From assembly GCA_051362555.1 (NCBI GenBank), contig CM120642.1, positions 5,456,001 through 5,520,000 of the forward strand: a DNA stretch of 64,000 bases. Direction: 5' to 3'. Below are positions 47,833 to 61,700 of the stretch, one piece after another. This stretch comes from Lingula anatina (lineage: Eukaryota > Animalia > Brachiopoda). Both the position numbers and the translations under genes were made by a program. Each line of letters opens with the position of its first letter. Position 1 is the stretch's first letter. The notes beneath the pieces were generated by a model, which did no database searches, was not told where the DNA came from, and saw nothing but the letters and a program-made list of their open reading frames with translations.

Positions 47833-50800
47833 TGTAGTATATTAGTTTGGGCTTGTCATGACGTGCGCCCTCTAGTGAGCATGTAAGACAGAAGCACATG
47901 GTTCAGTAATAAAGTCAGTTGTGAAGATATTACATTCTGGCGACAAGGATGGCGAGGATTGGCCGTCTAAATGAATTTGACGATAGTAAAGAAAATGTTG
48001 AGTGCTACATAGAGAGGTTAGAGCAATATTTTTTAGTCAATGACATAGAAAATGACAAGAAAGCTGCAGTGTTACTAACAGTTATTGGCAGTACAGCGTA
48101 TGCAAAGCTAAAAAGTTTAACTTCGCCGGAGTTACCCAGCACGCTGAGTTATGACCAGCTGAAGGGCCATTTACAGAATTATTACGCTCCAAAGCCTTTG
48201 GTAATTGCTGAGCGATTCAAGTTCATGAAAAGAAACCAACTTGAAGGTGAGAAGGTTAGTGAATATCTATCAGAACTGAGACGATTGTCAACACATTGTG
48301 AGTATGGAGACTTTTTGAATCAGGCGTTGCGTGACAGATTTGTTTGTGGTCTGCTTCATGAAGGGACACAAAAGAAATTATTAGCAACCAAGGATCTTAC
48401 ACTTGAAATGGCATTTGACGTTGCCATGGCCATGGAATTGGCACACTGCCATTCTCAGCAATTCAGACCGCCAATAGCAGAGCCAGCCAATGTGCATAAA
48501 GTAACTACTAGCAATTCAAAAGAGAGCAACCGACCAGCGGTAAGGAAAAAACAAAAGTGTAAACAAATGCTGGCGATGTACAGGAAATCACTCTCCAAAT
48601 GACTGCAGATTTAAAGATGAGAAATGTTTTGTATGTTCTAAGGTAGGACACATTGCTAAGGTGTGTTGGGAAAGAGGGAAAACAGTAAATGAGGTCATCG
48701 AAGATACCTTAGAAAACCACTCTGACATTTTACACATTTATTCATTAAAGAACAACAGCAATAGGAAAGGGGTCTTCGTACCCATAGCAATCGATGGACA
48801 AATAATACAAATGCAAATCGATACCGCAGCTGAGGTTTCAGTGATAACTGAGGACACATACAAGAAACATTTCAGTCATAAGAAACTGGGTTCAGCAGAT
48901 GTAAGGCTAAGAGCCTACAATGGGGAGACCATCCCGCTGATAGGGAAAATCACCGTGAATGTTGTTCATGAAGGGCAAAATCTCCAACTGCCACTTATAG
49001 TAGCAAAGGGCAGTGGTAAGCCGCCTCTACTTGGATATGGATGGCTACAAAAATTGAAATTAAATTGGAAGGAGATATTCGCCATATCACAGCCTCTGGT
49101 GCCAAATGTAGGAGAGGAGCTTATGAACAAATATGAAAATTTGTTCTCAGAGGGATATGGGAAAATTAAGGAGTTCAAAGCTCATATCAGAGTCAAAGAA
49201 GATGCATCACCTGTGTTCTGTAAGGCCAGGCCTGTGCCTTACGCATTAAAACCAGCAATAGAAGCAGAGTTGAATAGACTAGAGCAAAGTGGCATTATAG
49301 AAAAAGTAGATCACAGTGAGTGGGCAGCTCCCATAGTGGTTGTACCCAAAAGTGATGGGTCAGTGAGAATTTGTGGTGACTATAAAGTAACTGTGAATCA
49401 GGCTGTATCACAAGAACAGTATCCACTTCCCACGGCCAAGGATCTGTTCTCAACGTTGGCAGGGGGAACTGTTTTCACAAAGATCGATCTGTCTAGTGCC
49501 TATGCCCAGTTGGAGCTCGATGAAGAAAGTCAAAAGTATCTTGTTGTGAACACACACAAGGGGTTGTATAAGTTCAAGCGCTTAGCTTATGGAGTCAAAA
49601 GTGCACCTATGATCTTTCAGTGTGTAATGGATCAAATGTTGAAAGATTTTGATGGCGTTATTTGTTCACAAGATGATGTTTTGATCAAGGGCATAGAGGA
49701 AGATGGTAAACATGAAGAAGATATCAAAAAGGTTGAAAAAGTGTTACAGCGATTGAAGGAATATGGAGTAAAGGCTAAGAGAGTGAAGTGTCGCTTTCTG
49801 GAGCCTAAAGTTGAATATCTGGGACATATGGTGGACAAAGCTGGACTTCATCCTACAGAGGAGAAAGTCAAGGCTATTCGAGATGCACCCGTGCCCAAGA
49901 ATGTACAGGAGCTCGAGTCATTTATTGGACTTGTAAACTACTATGGTACATTTTTCAAAGACATGTCTACCACACTTGCACCATTAAACAGACTAAGGCA
50001 GAAGAATGTCAATTGGAAATGGACTGAGGAATGTCAAAAGGCATTTGATGCATGCAAATGTGAGTTAAGCAGTGACAGAGTGCTTACACACTATGATTCT
50101 CAACGCAAAATAAAACTAGACTGTGATGCCTCGGCATATGGAGTGGGGGCAGTCATTAGTCACATCATGGATGATGGTTCAGAGAAACCAATAGCATTTG
50201 CATCACGAACTCTGAGCAAAAGTGAACGCAACTATGCTCAGATTGAAAAGGAAGCACTAAGCATAATATTCGGTGTTACAAAATTTCATCAGTATCTGTA
50301 TGGAAGAAAATGGACTCTAGTGACTGATCACAAACCACTCCTTACCATACTGGGCCCAAAGACAGGAGTGCCTACACTCGCAGCAGCAAGAATGCAACGG
50401 TGGGCTATTATTCTGTCAGCATATGACTATGACATCCAGTATCGCAAGTCAGAACTACACAGCAATGCAGATTGTTTGTCGCGTTTACCACATGAGGTGT
50501 CATCAATTGGCAGTGATTGCACAATATATGTATGTGAAGTAGCTACAGAGCTACCACTTACTGCTAGTGACATAGCTGAGGCCACTCGGAAAGATTCTGT
50601 ATTAAGCAAAGTCATGGATTATACGATGAGTGGTTGGCCAGAGTATCTAGATTCAGAGATACTCAAACCATATCATGTCAGGAGACATGAGCTTTCAGCA
50701 GAGCAAGGGTGTATCTTGTGGGGAAACCGTGTTGTGATACCAGAGATCTACCGTCAAACACTGCTAGAGGATTTGCACTGGGAGCACCCTGGAGTGTGCG

Positions 50801-52289
50801 CTATGAAAGCAATAGCAAGGAGTTATGTTTGGTGGCCAAATTTAAACAGTGATATTGAATGTAAGGTGAGAGAATGCAGCGCATGTCAGTCTGTGCGCAA
50901 CATGCCACCAGCGTCACCATTATACCCTTGGAAGTGGCCAGTTAGGCCATGGAGCCGTATTCATTTGGATTTCTTTTTTAAGGAAGGGAAAACATTCCTT
51001 TTAGTGCATGATGCACATTCCAAGTGGCTCGAGGTGATACCAATGTCTAATACAGATGCCGAACACACCATCGATGAACTTAGAATACTGATTGCATGAT
51101 ATGGACTACCTGAGGAAGTTGTATCTGATAATGGACCTCAGTTCAGTTCAGATAAATTCCGGGAGTTTCTGAAAACAAATGGCATCAAACAAACCTTGGT
51201 TCCACCTTACCACCCCCAGTCGAATGGGGCTGCGGAAAATTCAGTGAAAAATGTGAAACGAGCATTGGAAAAACACTTGCATGATGTGAAGTACAAAAAT
51301 ATGTCATTAAAGCGTAGATTAGCAAATTTTTTGATGCGTTATAGATCCACTCCTCACACTACCACAGGAAAAACTCCTACAGAACTTTTTCTTAAGCGAC
51401 AGATTCGCACACGTTTCAGCCTACTTAAACCCAATTTGGCTGATGTTGTAGAGGAGAAACAAATGCAACAGAAACGACATCATGATAAAGCACCAGAACG
51501 TTGTTTTCAGTGTCACGACCGTGTACGTGTCAGGAACATGACGGGCAGCAAGTTGGATAAATGGTTGACTGGATCGGTGATTAAAGTTTTGGGCCCAAGG
51601 AGATACTTAGTACAAACTGAGAAAGGACTAAAGCATGTGCATGTTGACCAAATAATACCTGCATTTGACCAGTATTGTTTTTCAAAGGTATTTTCATCTC
51701 CAATGGTGGAGATGCCTGTAATTAATGAGAATTTTGGTATGACAACCAGACATGTGTCAGACACACCAGTGCCTACCAGTCAGGTCACTAACACTGGTGA
51801 CATAAATGTAGAGGAAAATATTAATGTGGAAATTTCAGCATCTCCTGGGAAAACCCAAGTCACTACAGGTGACGAATCTGTAAAAATTAGCAATTTTGAA
51901 AGCAGGTACCCAGTGAGAAATAGAAAACCAAAAGTTATTGTTGATGTGTAAATATTCAAAGCAGCAAAGAACTCAAAACACACTGTGACTATTAATTACA
52001 CTGTCTTAAAAAAGAAGACTGTTGCATGACCTAAAAGACTTGTTCATAACTGTTTATGTTCATTTTTTCTTTTCAGTTATTTTACTACTGGTGTTGTGGA
52101 ATTTTTTAACGGTGTTCTATTTTTAGTGTTTAACATATCAGTTCATTTGGGAATCTATAAAAGTGTCACTTACAAAGGGGGAAGGAATGTAGTATATTAG
52201 TTTGGGCTTGTCATGACGTGCGCCCTCTAGTGAGCATATAAGACAGAAGCACATGGTTCAGTAATAAAGTCAGTTGTGAAGATATTACA
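47833..52289 (+). mobile_element. Ty3/gypsy LTR retrotransposon, Mag-like clade, full length but defective
   Basis: 102-bp LTRs 47833-47934 and 52188-52289 (one mismatch); 5-bp TSD GGGCC; tRNA-Ser-type PBS TGGCGACAAGGATGG overlapping the gag ATG; PPT AAAGGGGGAAGGAA. Confidence 0.95.
47949..51951 (+). pseudogene. Mag-like gag-pol with frame break (48544-48602), SQDD at the RT active-site motif and TGA at 51097 in integrase
   Basis: YIERLEQYF, LRDRFVCGL, two CCHC knuckles, IDTAA, VRICGDYKVTVN, CDASAYGVGAV, SDNGPQF, YHPQSNGAAE. Confidence 0.93.
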
Positions 52290-53105
52290 GGGCCCATCTC
52301 CACCATTCCCATTTTCTTCAACGCTGACCATAATTTCCCATAATGTATGAATTTTAAGAAATACTGGATCCTCGCCTACATATGCCTGTGTATTTTAAAA
52401 TTACTCAAAACATGCATCCAGTACCACTAAAGAAACCCTATTTAGTCATACAAGTAAATTAAAACGTACATTTTACCTATTTTGGATAATATTTACAGTA
52501 CAAAAACATTATATTTCAAAAACGTTCTCTCTCATAACGTTGGGCCAACAACAGGTACTTTTTCACCATTATCCCATGAAGTCGCAGGCAATATCTTATG
52601 TGGAGATGAAGTCGCATTTTATCCTATGAAGTCGATTTGACAGTAAAATCAGAGCATTTTTCCCATGAAGTGGTAATATACCATGAAATATCTTAACAGA
52701 CGTTTATTCACTTGCGTCAGGCTAGTTCTTTTCCCACTCCCGCTTCAGTGAAAGGTGGGTATGGTTTATATTCCGCTGCTACTTCTGGTGATTAAGGGTG
52801 GTATGCCCTGGAATCCTTTCCCTACAACGGATCAAAATTTTACTATCATGAGATTACATGTTGAGCAGATTAGTTTTAACTTCGAAAAGAATTTTATTTA
52901 TATCTCAGCTTTCTCAATTTAAAAGATGAAGGTCATGGGTCTATAGACTAGGTCCTATATGCACCATTCAAACAATATATGTGACGAGGGTGATTTAGAG
53001 AATGTCATTCAGTTTGAAAAGAAAAAAATCAACGTAAAGTGTAGATTTATGTTTTCAATTTATTTAAAAATTAGCAGTGAACTTTAAGAACAAGTTACCG
53101 TTTAT

Positions 53106-53651
53106 TTATCCGTATCTGTCATAATTCGTGGGCCTGTTTTCCCCACACGGTCCCGTGCAGTCGCAGCGCTGATATTTAAGGTCTGAATTACACTGGTACT
53201 TCTGCCCAGACCTGCTGCTTCTCTCACACCTCTGGGCAATACACAGCTGTTTTCCGTCCTCTCCACACGAAGCCAGCAGCCATTTATTTTTGATAGACCT
53301 ACACACGCCTCTCCCCATATAATCCTTCCAAACGCCGGTCCCAGAACCTTGACAGTTCTCAGCATCGTAAGGGCACTTCCGATATCTTTTGATAATGGGA
53401 CTCCAACACTTCATTCTGAATTGTATATTTCTGTATTCCGCGCGCGACCAGTTGGTGTAATCGATGCAGTTGGTGCCATCGTCCTCACACCGTTGGCACT
53501 TTCGAACTCTAACTCTGTTTTGCCAAACACTGTTGCATAACCTCTTGCACGAACTCCACTCGCTCCAAGGACCCCTCTTGAATAAGTAACCATTAACTTT
53601 AGACGCAGCTACTGTTACTGCAACACAAATGATTAATGCACGCCAATGCAT
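53106..53651 (-). CDS. Intronless secreted Cys-rich protein with thrombospondin type-1-like repeat (181 aa)
   Basis: ATG start, signal peptide MHWRALIICVAVTVAAS, TSP1 motif WSEWSSC..C...RVRVRKC, second Cys-rich half; AATAAA overlaps the stop codon. Confidence 0.78.
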   Translation of the reverse strand: MHWRALIICVAVTVAASKVNGYLFKRGPWSEWSSCKRLCNSVWQNRVRVRKCQRCEDDGTNCIDYTNWSRAEYRNIQFRMKCWSPIIKRYRKCPYDAENCQGSGTGVWKDYMGRGVCRSIKNKWLLASCGEDGKQLCIAQRCERSSRSGQKYQCNSDLKYQRCDCTGPCGENRPTNYDRYG

Positions 53652-53724
53652 TTTTTCTTTGTCTGCATATATTGTTCATAGTGAATTGCTCAGCAATATT
53701 GAACGCCATAATGACAAGTTTTCA

Positions 53725-53879
53725 ATTCCGCATATTATGCGAGTACATGTGGTTAATCGTGTTCGTATTGTCATGATATAGTTAAATATATTATAGTAGG
53801 ATTGCGTTCAATCACATCATACTGAAATTAGATATGGCGATGAACCACATGTAGGGCCTACTCGCATAATATGCGGAAT
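53725..53879. repeat. 155-bp foldback / MITE-like inverted repeat
   Basis: ATTCCGCATATTATGCGAGTA..CATGTGGTT / AACCACATG..TACTCGCATAATATGCGGAAT. Confidence 0.85.
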
Positions 53880-53898
53880 AGCATAAGTCTCAAACTAC

Positions 53899-53910
53899 TG
53901 CGCATGCGCG
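53899..53910. promoter_or_regulatory. NRF1-type palindromic motif
   Basis: TGCGCATGCGCG about 250 nt upstream of the ATG at 53651. Confidence 0.4.
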
Positions 53911-56900
53911 AAAAGTACGCTGTTTGAAATAAACAAATGCATTTATTTTCTCTTCATTGTAATAGGGGAATTCCTTGCTCATTTATAGTGTCATATGTGG
54001 CACCAAGGGGATTTTCCACCCCTCCCCCACTCTTGATTAATAAAATTATTCATCGGGAGGGATGAAAATTATATTGCAAAATACATTAAAAATCGTAGGA
54101 AGGTTAATTGCAGATAATGCTGTGAGGATATTCTAGGGGGTCATGCCGATACTCCCCCGCACCGTTACTCCCCCGCACTAATACTACCCCGCACCGATAC
54201 TTCCCCTTAGTAAATTTTTGCATTATGCACATCGATACGATCCCACACCGATAGATCCCCGCATCGATAAATCCCCTCTAAAATTGCCGTTATATGCGTA
54301 CCGTTACTCCCCCGCACCGATACTCCCCCGCATCATTACCCCCCCTATGCAATTTCCACGAAACTGAGGGTCTGGGTAACGGAGAGTCAGCCCTCCATTT
54401 AATTATACAGGTCAGGGTCAGTCTACGTAAGTGGGTCAAAATCTAGGGCGGGGCTGAATTACCTATGCAAATTGATGGGAACCGGACTGTCTATCATGGG
54501 AGAGTCTGTCACCTCGCATCGATATTTTTTCACATAGAGATTTGAAAAATTGGTCAACGAGTCGGAAGCACGGCCTATATTGTATAAGAAATACTTTTTT
54601 CAAATGGAAAAACGTTTTGGATATTGGTGAGATATGTGGAAAAAAATGGCCACAGGGAGATCCTTGGTGATGTTGTTTTTATGCTATTGCGCGGTGCATA
54701 CAAATTTTAATTGCTTACAATTGAACATCGGTATTGTACAAAAGAAGCCGCAAAGTTCCTAAAAAATCTTGGGCGACAACACATTAATCTCGGTCACTAC
54801 CGGCCGCACGGGCTCTTTCGACCCGTTTGAGTCCAAATTTTGCTGAGAATCTCATGTGCCACGCAAGTCCTTTATGCAAAATTTCGAGTTTGCACGTATG
54901 TAAGCACGTACGGAGGATACTGAACATTTCCAATAGATTCTACAAATAATCTTCAAACCGCGAGGCCGCAAGCGTAACTTGCTCCCTTCGCAAGGAGTTT
55001 GCGAGGAGTTTGCAAGTGAGACTTGCAGTCTGTCCGCAGATTCCGAGCTGCACGTGCACACTGTCTGAAGCGACGGCCATTTTCGCACTACTTTCAGCAA
55101 AATCGAGTGAAAATGGACGACTTTTGAGCTCTTCGTATTTTCATGTGTAGTTTTGTCAACAGTTGATGTGATTAAACGATAGATATATAAAAAGAAGCGG
55201 GGATATCTAGGGATTCGGAATCTTAAGGTTAGTTGTCATAAAAAATAGATTCAGAACGGTAAAATGGAAGATTTATCCACGCGGGTGATTGCAAATGGTG
55301 CCCCGTTTCAGGTGTCCGAAATTTTCTATTTGAAGATCTCTATAAGAAGTTTAAATTGTACAAAGTTTTAAAAACTAAATCATGAAAGCTGGTTAAACTG
55401 GGTCTCTGGCAGTATATATATATTGAAAATTCAGCTTTGTCCATTTTTTTTAGCGCGAGGTGAACTCGACGCCAAGCACTCGCATTTTTGAAGCGTGTAA
55501 CACTAGGGTGTTTCAATTTAAACAAAATTGCTACAATGTTGAAATCACCAGCGTTTTATATATATTCTAAAAGGTAAACAAGTGTGCTTTGTGTTGATAT
55601 GAAACACATGTTGCGTTTGGGTCCAGCCTCGTTGGCAAAGTGTTCATATTCCCGTGAAGTCAGTGTAAAAGTCGGCAAAATCGATTTTTTCAAGTGCATT
55701 AAGTTACTGTGATTATGTATCGCAGGAAACGCAAAATATTTTCAAACAATTAGATCCTGCAGAAAGATAAGATCATAAACTTTCAATTGATATATCATAA
55801 AGTATATCTCCTACAATTTTTACCCATTTTGTGTGGGGAAATTAGTGCATCTCCAAAACGACGACAAAAATGGAACCCCATTTTCATCATAATTTATAGC
55901 GTCACGTGACCAACCTGAAGCACTGACCCGACTTGGCAAGACTACAAGTTTTCTTAAATATTCTGAATATCAGAGCAAACAAGTTACAATAAAATTAAAA
56001 TACGAACAAGTGTTGTGCATCTAACATCAGAAATATTCCAAGAGTTATATAAACTCATTCTTAAAACATCAAAAATTGTATAGTTATGATCCACTCCACA
56101 AGAAATCCAGTGTGAATTTTGACCGATATAGAAAGATATTGCTAGATATAGTTATAAATAAAACAAGATTTTTTTAAATTGGATAAATATTTACAATGAA
56201 GTACTGGCCTATGGCCAGGTTGTACTTTTTAAAGCCTGAAAGGGTTTTGATAAAAAAAATCATTCAACTCCGGTTTATTCATTATATTTATAAGATCTGC
56301 ACTTCTGCCTTGTTCTCTTATTTTACTGCTCAATATTTATTTCTATGTACTAGTACTATTTTTTGTCTCTTACATATTAAACTATTTAAAATAAGACCCT
56401 TACAATTGTAATTTGAAAAAAAATATCCCTAATCTATTTAAAATTTACATTTCTCTTTTCAAAAGTGCAAAATTTTGAAATCTGTGTGATAAACAAAACC
56501 AAGTAAACATTTAAAACTCATGTCCTTAAAGCACTGTCCCTGGGAAATGTTCATTCAGCCTCATGAATATGCACTGAACTTTTTGAAAGTTTTTTTGAAA
56601 CATTTTGCCTTTTAAATTAAAGCAGTTAACAAGGCTCCAATAAACTCGTTGGCCAACTTGATATGTCTATTCTGAGGGCAGGAGAAGCACCTGCCCCAGC
56701 AAGTTATGAATATTACTTTAGCCAAAACTGACATACAATCAAGATCATCCCCAACTGAAAATTCTTGAATATAATTTGTAATTAAATACATATCAAAGTG
56801 CATTAAAAATGAAAAAAACAAAAAAAAAAAAAAAAACAAAAAAACTTCAGTATACGAGTATGTTTCAATTTTTTTATTTCCTTAGAATCTTCCATGGCCA

Positions 56901-56959
56901 GGTCATTTACCTGGATATGATAGTCAGAAAACAAAATCAATTTTCAAGTTCAAAATTGG

Positions 56960-59235
56960 GCTGTTTTCCCAGAGTGCCACCCTGCCACTCAGTGGTTGAT
57001 AGATTCCTTGACTAAATGATCATCAAAACTTGGCCCCTATAAAACTGCTGTCAAAATTTTGTTAACTTAAGCACAATATTCCCCAAACTTGACCTCCAGT
57101 CAGATTCGGTTCTTTTGAGAGCACTGTATCCTCTCTCCACCTGAGAGGTGGACAGGCTGAACAAGGCAATTTCAATTAGCATTATTGTATGTATTCTAAT
57201 CTTTGTCTGGTCTCCTAGCCTTGAAACAAATCAGTACACATATCTTTACTTTTATTCACTATAAACATGCCACCTATGTGCTCTTTAAAGGCAGGCCACT
57301 CTCAATGGAAGTCTTTTGGGTCAAAGCCCATCCTGTATAATACTTGAAGAAAATAATGTTCCAGAACTTGTCTGCTATGAGAAAGGTTTCTAGGGTAAAA
57401 AATATCCAAGACTCTACAAAACACCATCTCTTGTTCAGTCACACCTGCATCAACAGCACCATCAAACAAAACTAGAGGATCAGAGAGGCGATACCGCCTC
57501 CGGATATTGTACCACCAGCTGGAGTAAGCGCATTCGTATGGACCCCCCACCCAAAAAAAGGGACTCCACCACCAGTCTTGTGCTTGACAAGCTCTATAAA
57601 ATGCAATCAACAAGAATTCTCAAAATATGCAAAAAAAAAAAACTAAATATGGTACAATCAAAGTTCAGTTCATCGTAAAAAGTAGGTCAAGGGTCACAGT
57701 AAATTGCCTCTAATGACTTTCTATTCCAGGTCAATAGTAACTATGGACCTATCTCTGCCAGTTTTGGAGAGAAAAGGGAACAAAATTTGCAAAGTTCAAT
57801 TCATGGTTAAAAGTAGGTCAAAGGTCAATTTCAAGGTCACATTTAGATTGCCAGTATATGACTTTCTACTCAAGTTCAATAGTAACCATGGACCTATCTC
57901 TGCCAGTTTTGGAGATAAAAGGGAACAAAATTTGCAAAGTTCAATTCATGGTTAAAAGTAGGTCAAAGGTCAATTTAAGGGTCACAGTAAATTGCCTCTA
58001 ATGACTTTCTATTCAAATTCAATAGTAACTATGGGCGTATCTCTGCCAGTTTTGAAAATAAAAGCATTAAAAAGTTGCAAAGTTCAGTTTATGGTGTAAA
58101 GTAGGTCAAAGGTCAATTTCAAGGTCACATTTAGATTGCCAGTATATGACTTTCTATTCAAGTTCAATAGTAACTATGGACCTATCTCTGCCAGTTTTGG
58201 AGATAAAAAGGAACCAAAATTTGCAAAGTTCAATTCATGGTGAAAAGTAGGTCAAAGGTCAATTTCAAGGTCACATTTAAATTGCCAGTATGTGACTTCC
58301 TATTCAACTTTAATAGTAACTATAGACCTATCTCTGCCAGTTTTGGAGATATAAGGGACTAAATGTTATAATTTTCACAACCACAATGTACTTTTTGATA
58401 CAGCATAACTCGAAAACTGTATGGAATACGAAAAAATGGAGACCATCTACAGTGTTAGGCTTTACATGCTCTACAAAATGCAAAAAAGAACGGGTCTCTA
58501 GCATTAATGGTTCCCGAATTATAGACAGTTTTCAGTTTCGGTATCTTATGGTCGCTACTCCCGTGAGAATGCACTGATTGACCCCGAATTCACGGAGATG
58601 AAAGATGACCCAAAGGGGAACACTTTCCAATAATATTATTGGTTAAGTCTGTGTAGTGTCTGAATAACAGCAAAAATAATTTTTTTTTTGTAAAAAAATT
58701 CGTTTTTTTGAAAATTTTGGCCCGTTTGACCTTGAAACAAAGGTCAAAGGTCAAATCCAAGGGCATATTTGAAATCTCCACATATGACTTTCGGTCAGTC
58801 GTCTGTAGAAATTTTTCCCATAATTCCTTCCGTAGGGTCGATAATTGGCATTGAATTTTCAAAAATTTTGACAAAGGTGCAATTCAACGAGTGTCACGCC
58901 CAGGTCAATGCACCGACTGAGACAAAAAAACTTGGGGGTTCAAGTTGAGGTTATATGTGACCTAAATCCAAGAGATGGAGACAGGGGTCCTTGCGGTCTA
59001 GGAGGAGAAGCGGTAACGGTGAATTGTATCCGGCGCCAGTACGCGGAGCCGGCGGAGCAAACGGAGCCAACGGAGCCGGCGGAGCCGCAGGAGCCGGCGG
59101 AGCCGGACGAGACGGGTCGGGACTAAAACCATGAGTACCGCCAGCGTACACGCTGGTGGTACTAATAATTTTCCCTGGTCTTGACCAGAACACCTCTTCC
59201 CTTATTGTCAGCTGATATGCCCAAATTGGGAATCT
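56960..59235 (-). pseudogene. Decayed, internally deleted hAT (ZNF862-like) transposase split by a family-B HINE
   Basis: GKII|LFDGAVDAGVTEQEMVFCRVL (first catalytic Asp region), F..*EWPAFKEHI, dimerisation motif LIEIAL..STSQVERGYSALKRTESDWRSSL. Confidence 0.7.
57470..59168 (-). mobile_element. HINE-like family B, full length, reverse strand
   Basis: Reverse complement of family B termini and 146-bp repeats. Confidence 0.88.
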
Positions 59236-61619
59236 GTTAAAAATAAATATAATAAAATGATAAAATCATACATGTAGAAACAAGAAATTTATACAAAGCA
59301 GATAAAAACTGAAATTTAATGAAAAATCCATAGATTAAAAAAAAAATCACCTCATTGTCAGTCTCACACCAGTTGTTTATCAAAGTAATTTCTTACCATA
59401 CTATATAATAATAATAATTCCTTGGTCCTACTACTAGTACACATTTTATGTAAACAAAGTACAACTGTAACTTTGCAACAAAATGTAACATTCACTAGTA
59501 CTGAACGTCAACAAGTGCATCTGAACTATGCGAAGGGAGGTTACTCCAAAATCATTTCTATACATTTCGGCGCTTATATGAAACATAGTGAATTTAAAAA
59601 AAAATACTCACCTTTTAGTCGGCAAACCCAAAGCTATGTAACTTGAAAGGCAGATTTTTCCATTCTAAAACCATATACACTGTACACTGTATATTATGGT
59701 TGATCTCCAGCACCGATGTCTTTTTTTCACGTATTATTTTCCATTACAACTCTCACCATGGCAGTGACACATTGTATACTATAAATATACACTTGAAAAG
59801 CTGAACATTCAATTTTTTTCAACCGAATTGCAAGATTTACCAAGAAAAACGCTCTCCAGTCACATGCTCAGTGCAACGTGACAGTCCCAGTTTCGACTGA
59901 CCCACATAGTTCGCACTAAAATAGGGATTTCACAAAAAAGGACGGTTGTACAAATTTTTTATTCTTTTTGGCTCAATTCCAGCATATATAGTTGCATAAA
60001 TCGTTATAATATCAATTAAGTAAGTTTGTCCATTTTTTCTACAATCATTTCATTTTAGGGTACAAAATTACACGATCTGCTTGAGAAAAATGCGTATGCT
60101 ATTTTAGACAACTGATACAAGGCTTTCGTCGAAATTGAAATGTTCATTTTACATTGTGCGTTTACATCAAGTTCTAAATTTTATTTTTTGAAAGTTTCAA
60201 GCAGAATAATGAGTTATTCACAGAGCTTCATGGATTTATATAACAACTACGGGTTTTTGAAAACATGGCGCGAAACACACGTCGCGGACTATTTTGTGCA
60301 AGCGCGTAGGTGTTTTTGCAATGATCACCGCTTACGCATTGATATGCCAGATCTGCGGACAGACTGTTGCGTGGTCCAAGATGCACGTCGCAAGCAATGA
60401 AAGAGAAAGTGCCCTTTGCGTGTTGAGTACGACGCACGCCCTCACATCTATGACAAAGTAAGTCGAAAACACGGCGGGACTGCGAGAATAAAAGGTGTGG
60501 TCACGACGCATACTCGTGTCTCTACAATTTCGTTGTCCGACAATTTTCAAAAATTTTGAATTTTGCTCAATTCAGATTCTAATATGCCTCCAAAAGACAA
60601 GTGAAAGAAGCTTTAAGAGCAGAAAAGAAGGTTGGAGGAAGAAAACTTAATAATTTAACAAAATCATCGTTGCCTGAAGAAAAGACATAGCTGCGTTATC
60701 TTAGATTAAAACTAACGTTGCCTTAAGTAAATAAATAAAAGGGCGTATAATATAAATACGGTAACTACAGTAGGAGAACAATATTAATTTTGCAAAAACA
60801 TTTCTCAAAAATCACAAGGCAGAGCTGTAGGCCTACGTACTGTCAAGCTGCACACAAAATCTGAGATCGACTTCGTGTAACGTTCTTTATTTTTCCCAAT
60901 ATATTTCGAATAAAAATAGTCAATTCTGGGTCCCAAGAGGGTGGTGCATCTTGAAAAAAAAAAGCATTATAGAAGGGGATTTGAATCACGAATTGTGTTT
61001 ACAAAGCCAAGGGAATCTTTGCTTTGGGGAAGTAGTGTTTTTGCGGAGAATTGGTACGCGGGAGTATCAGTGGGGGGAAGCATCGATGCGGGGATGTAAA
61101 GAAGCGGGGGAGTATCGGTGCGGGGGAGTATTGGTGCGGGGATGTAAAGAAGCGCGGGAGTATCGGTGCGGGGGAGTATCGGTGCGGGGACGTATAGGCA
61201 TGTAACCATATTCTAGTCGGGGGCGAACTCAGCCAATATAAAAATTTTAACTTCGTCATACGATTTTGGAGCGCCTGTTCTAATTTTTGAAAGCGAGGCA
61301 ATGGAACCAAACAATACGAATCTCATAAAAATTGATATTTTTTGATAGAGGTTATAGGCGTACATCAAAAGGCGACTCGTTTATTATTGTGATATGTAAT
61401 AATAATTAATATAAAAGATACGATATTATAGGGTCTTGTCGATGGCCTTTTTATTAGCTTTATTGATTTTTTTAAAGTATTTGGAGATTAAGAACACAAA
61501 AGCTGAATGGTTTCAAATCGAGGCACCACGTATTAACCATGGAAAAGGTCAAGGACATTTCAGATCGCTGACGGTGCGCGCGCGCCGTCTGGTGTTAAGT
61601 CCGCGAATGACCGTTTGCA

Positions 61620-61690
61620 GTAACTGATTGTTGAGTTGCTGTAACTGATTGTTGAGTTGCGGTAACTGATGTTGAGTTGCGGTAACTGAC
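61620..61690 (+). repeat. Short tandem repeat of about 21 bp
   Basis: GTAACTGATTGTTGAGTTGC(T/G), about 3.5 copies. Confidence 0.85.
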
Positions 61691-61700
61691 TTTTGAATCG

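Larger units (their letters stand above)
54137..61207. mobile_element. MULE/Mutator-like non-autonomous element (7.07 kb) with subterminal tandem repeats
   Basis: Perfect 9-bp TSD ATATTCTAG (54128-54136, 61208-61216); GG-starting imperfect TIRs GGGGTCATGCCGATACTCCCCCGCACCG / CGGTGCGGGGACGTATAGGCATGTAACC; 17-bp CCGATACTCCCCCGCA-type subterminal arrays. Confidence 0.82.

Noticed and set aside
48544-48602. Programmed frameshift in the Mag element
   Set aside because: The shift is +1 and falls before the zinc knuckles in an element with other lesions; an indel in the A-rich run is more likely.
19783-52703. Inverted pair ACGTCTGTTAAGATA..CTTCATGGGA at 19783 and 52703 as the ends of a 33-kb element
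   Set aside because: No target-site duplication at the flanks; more simply two copies of one repeat family.
54340-55945. Separate element inside the MULE with a hAT-like end CCCGACTTGGCAAGACTA near 55942
   Set aside because: No matching opposite terminus or TSD could be found by eye.
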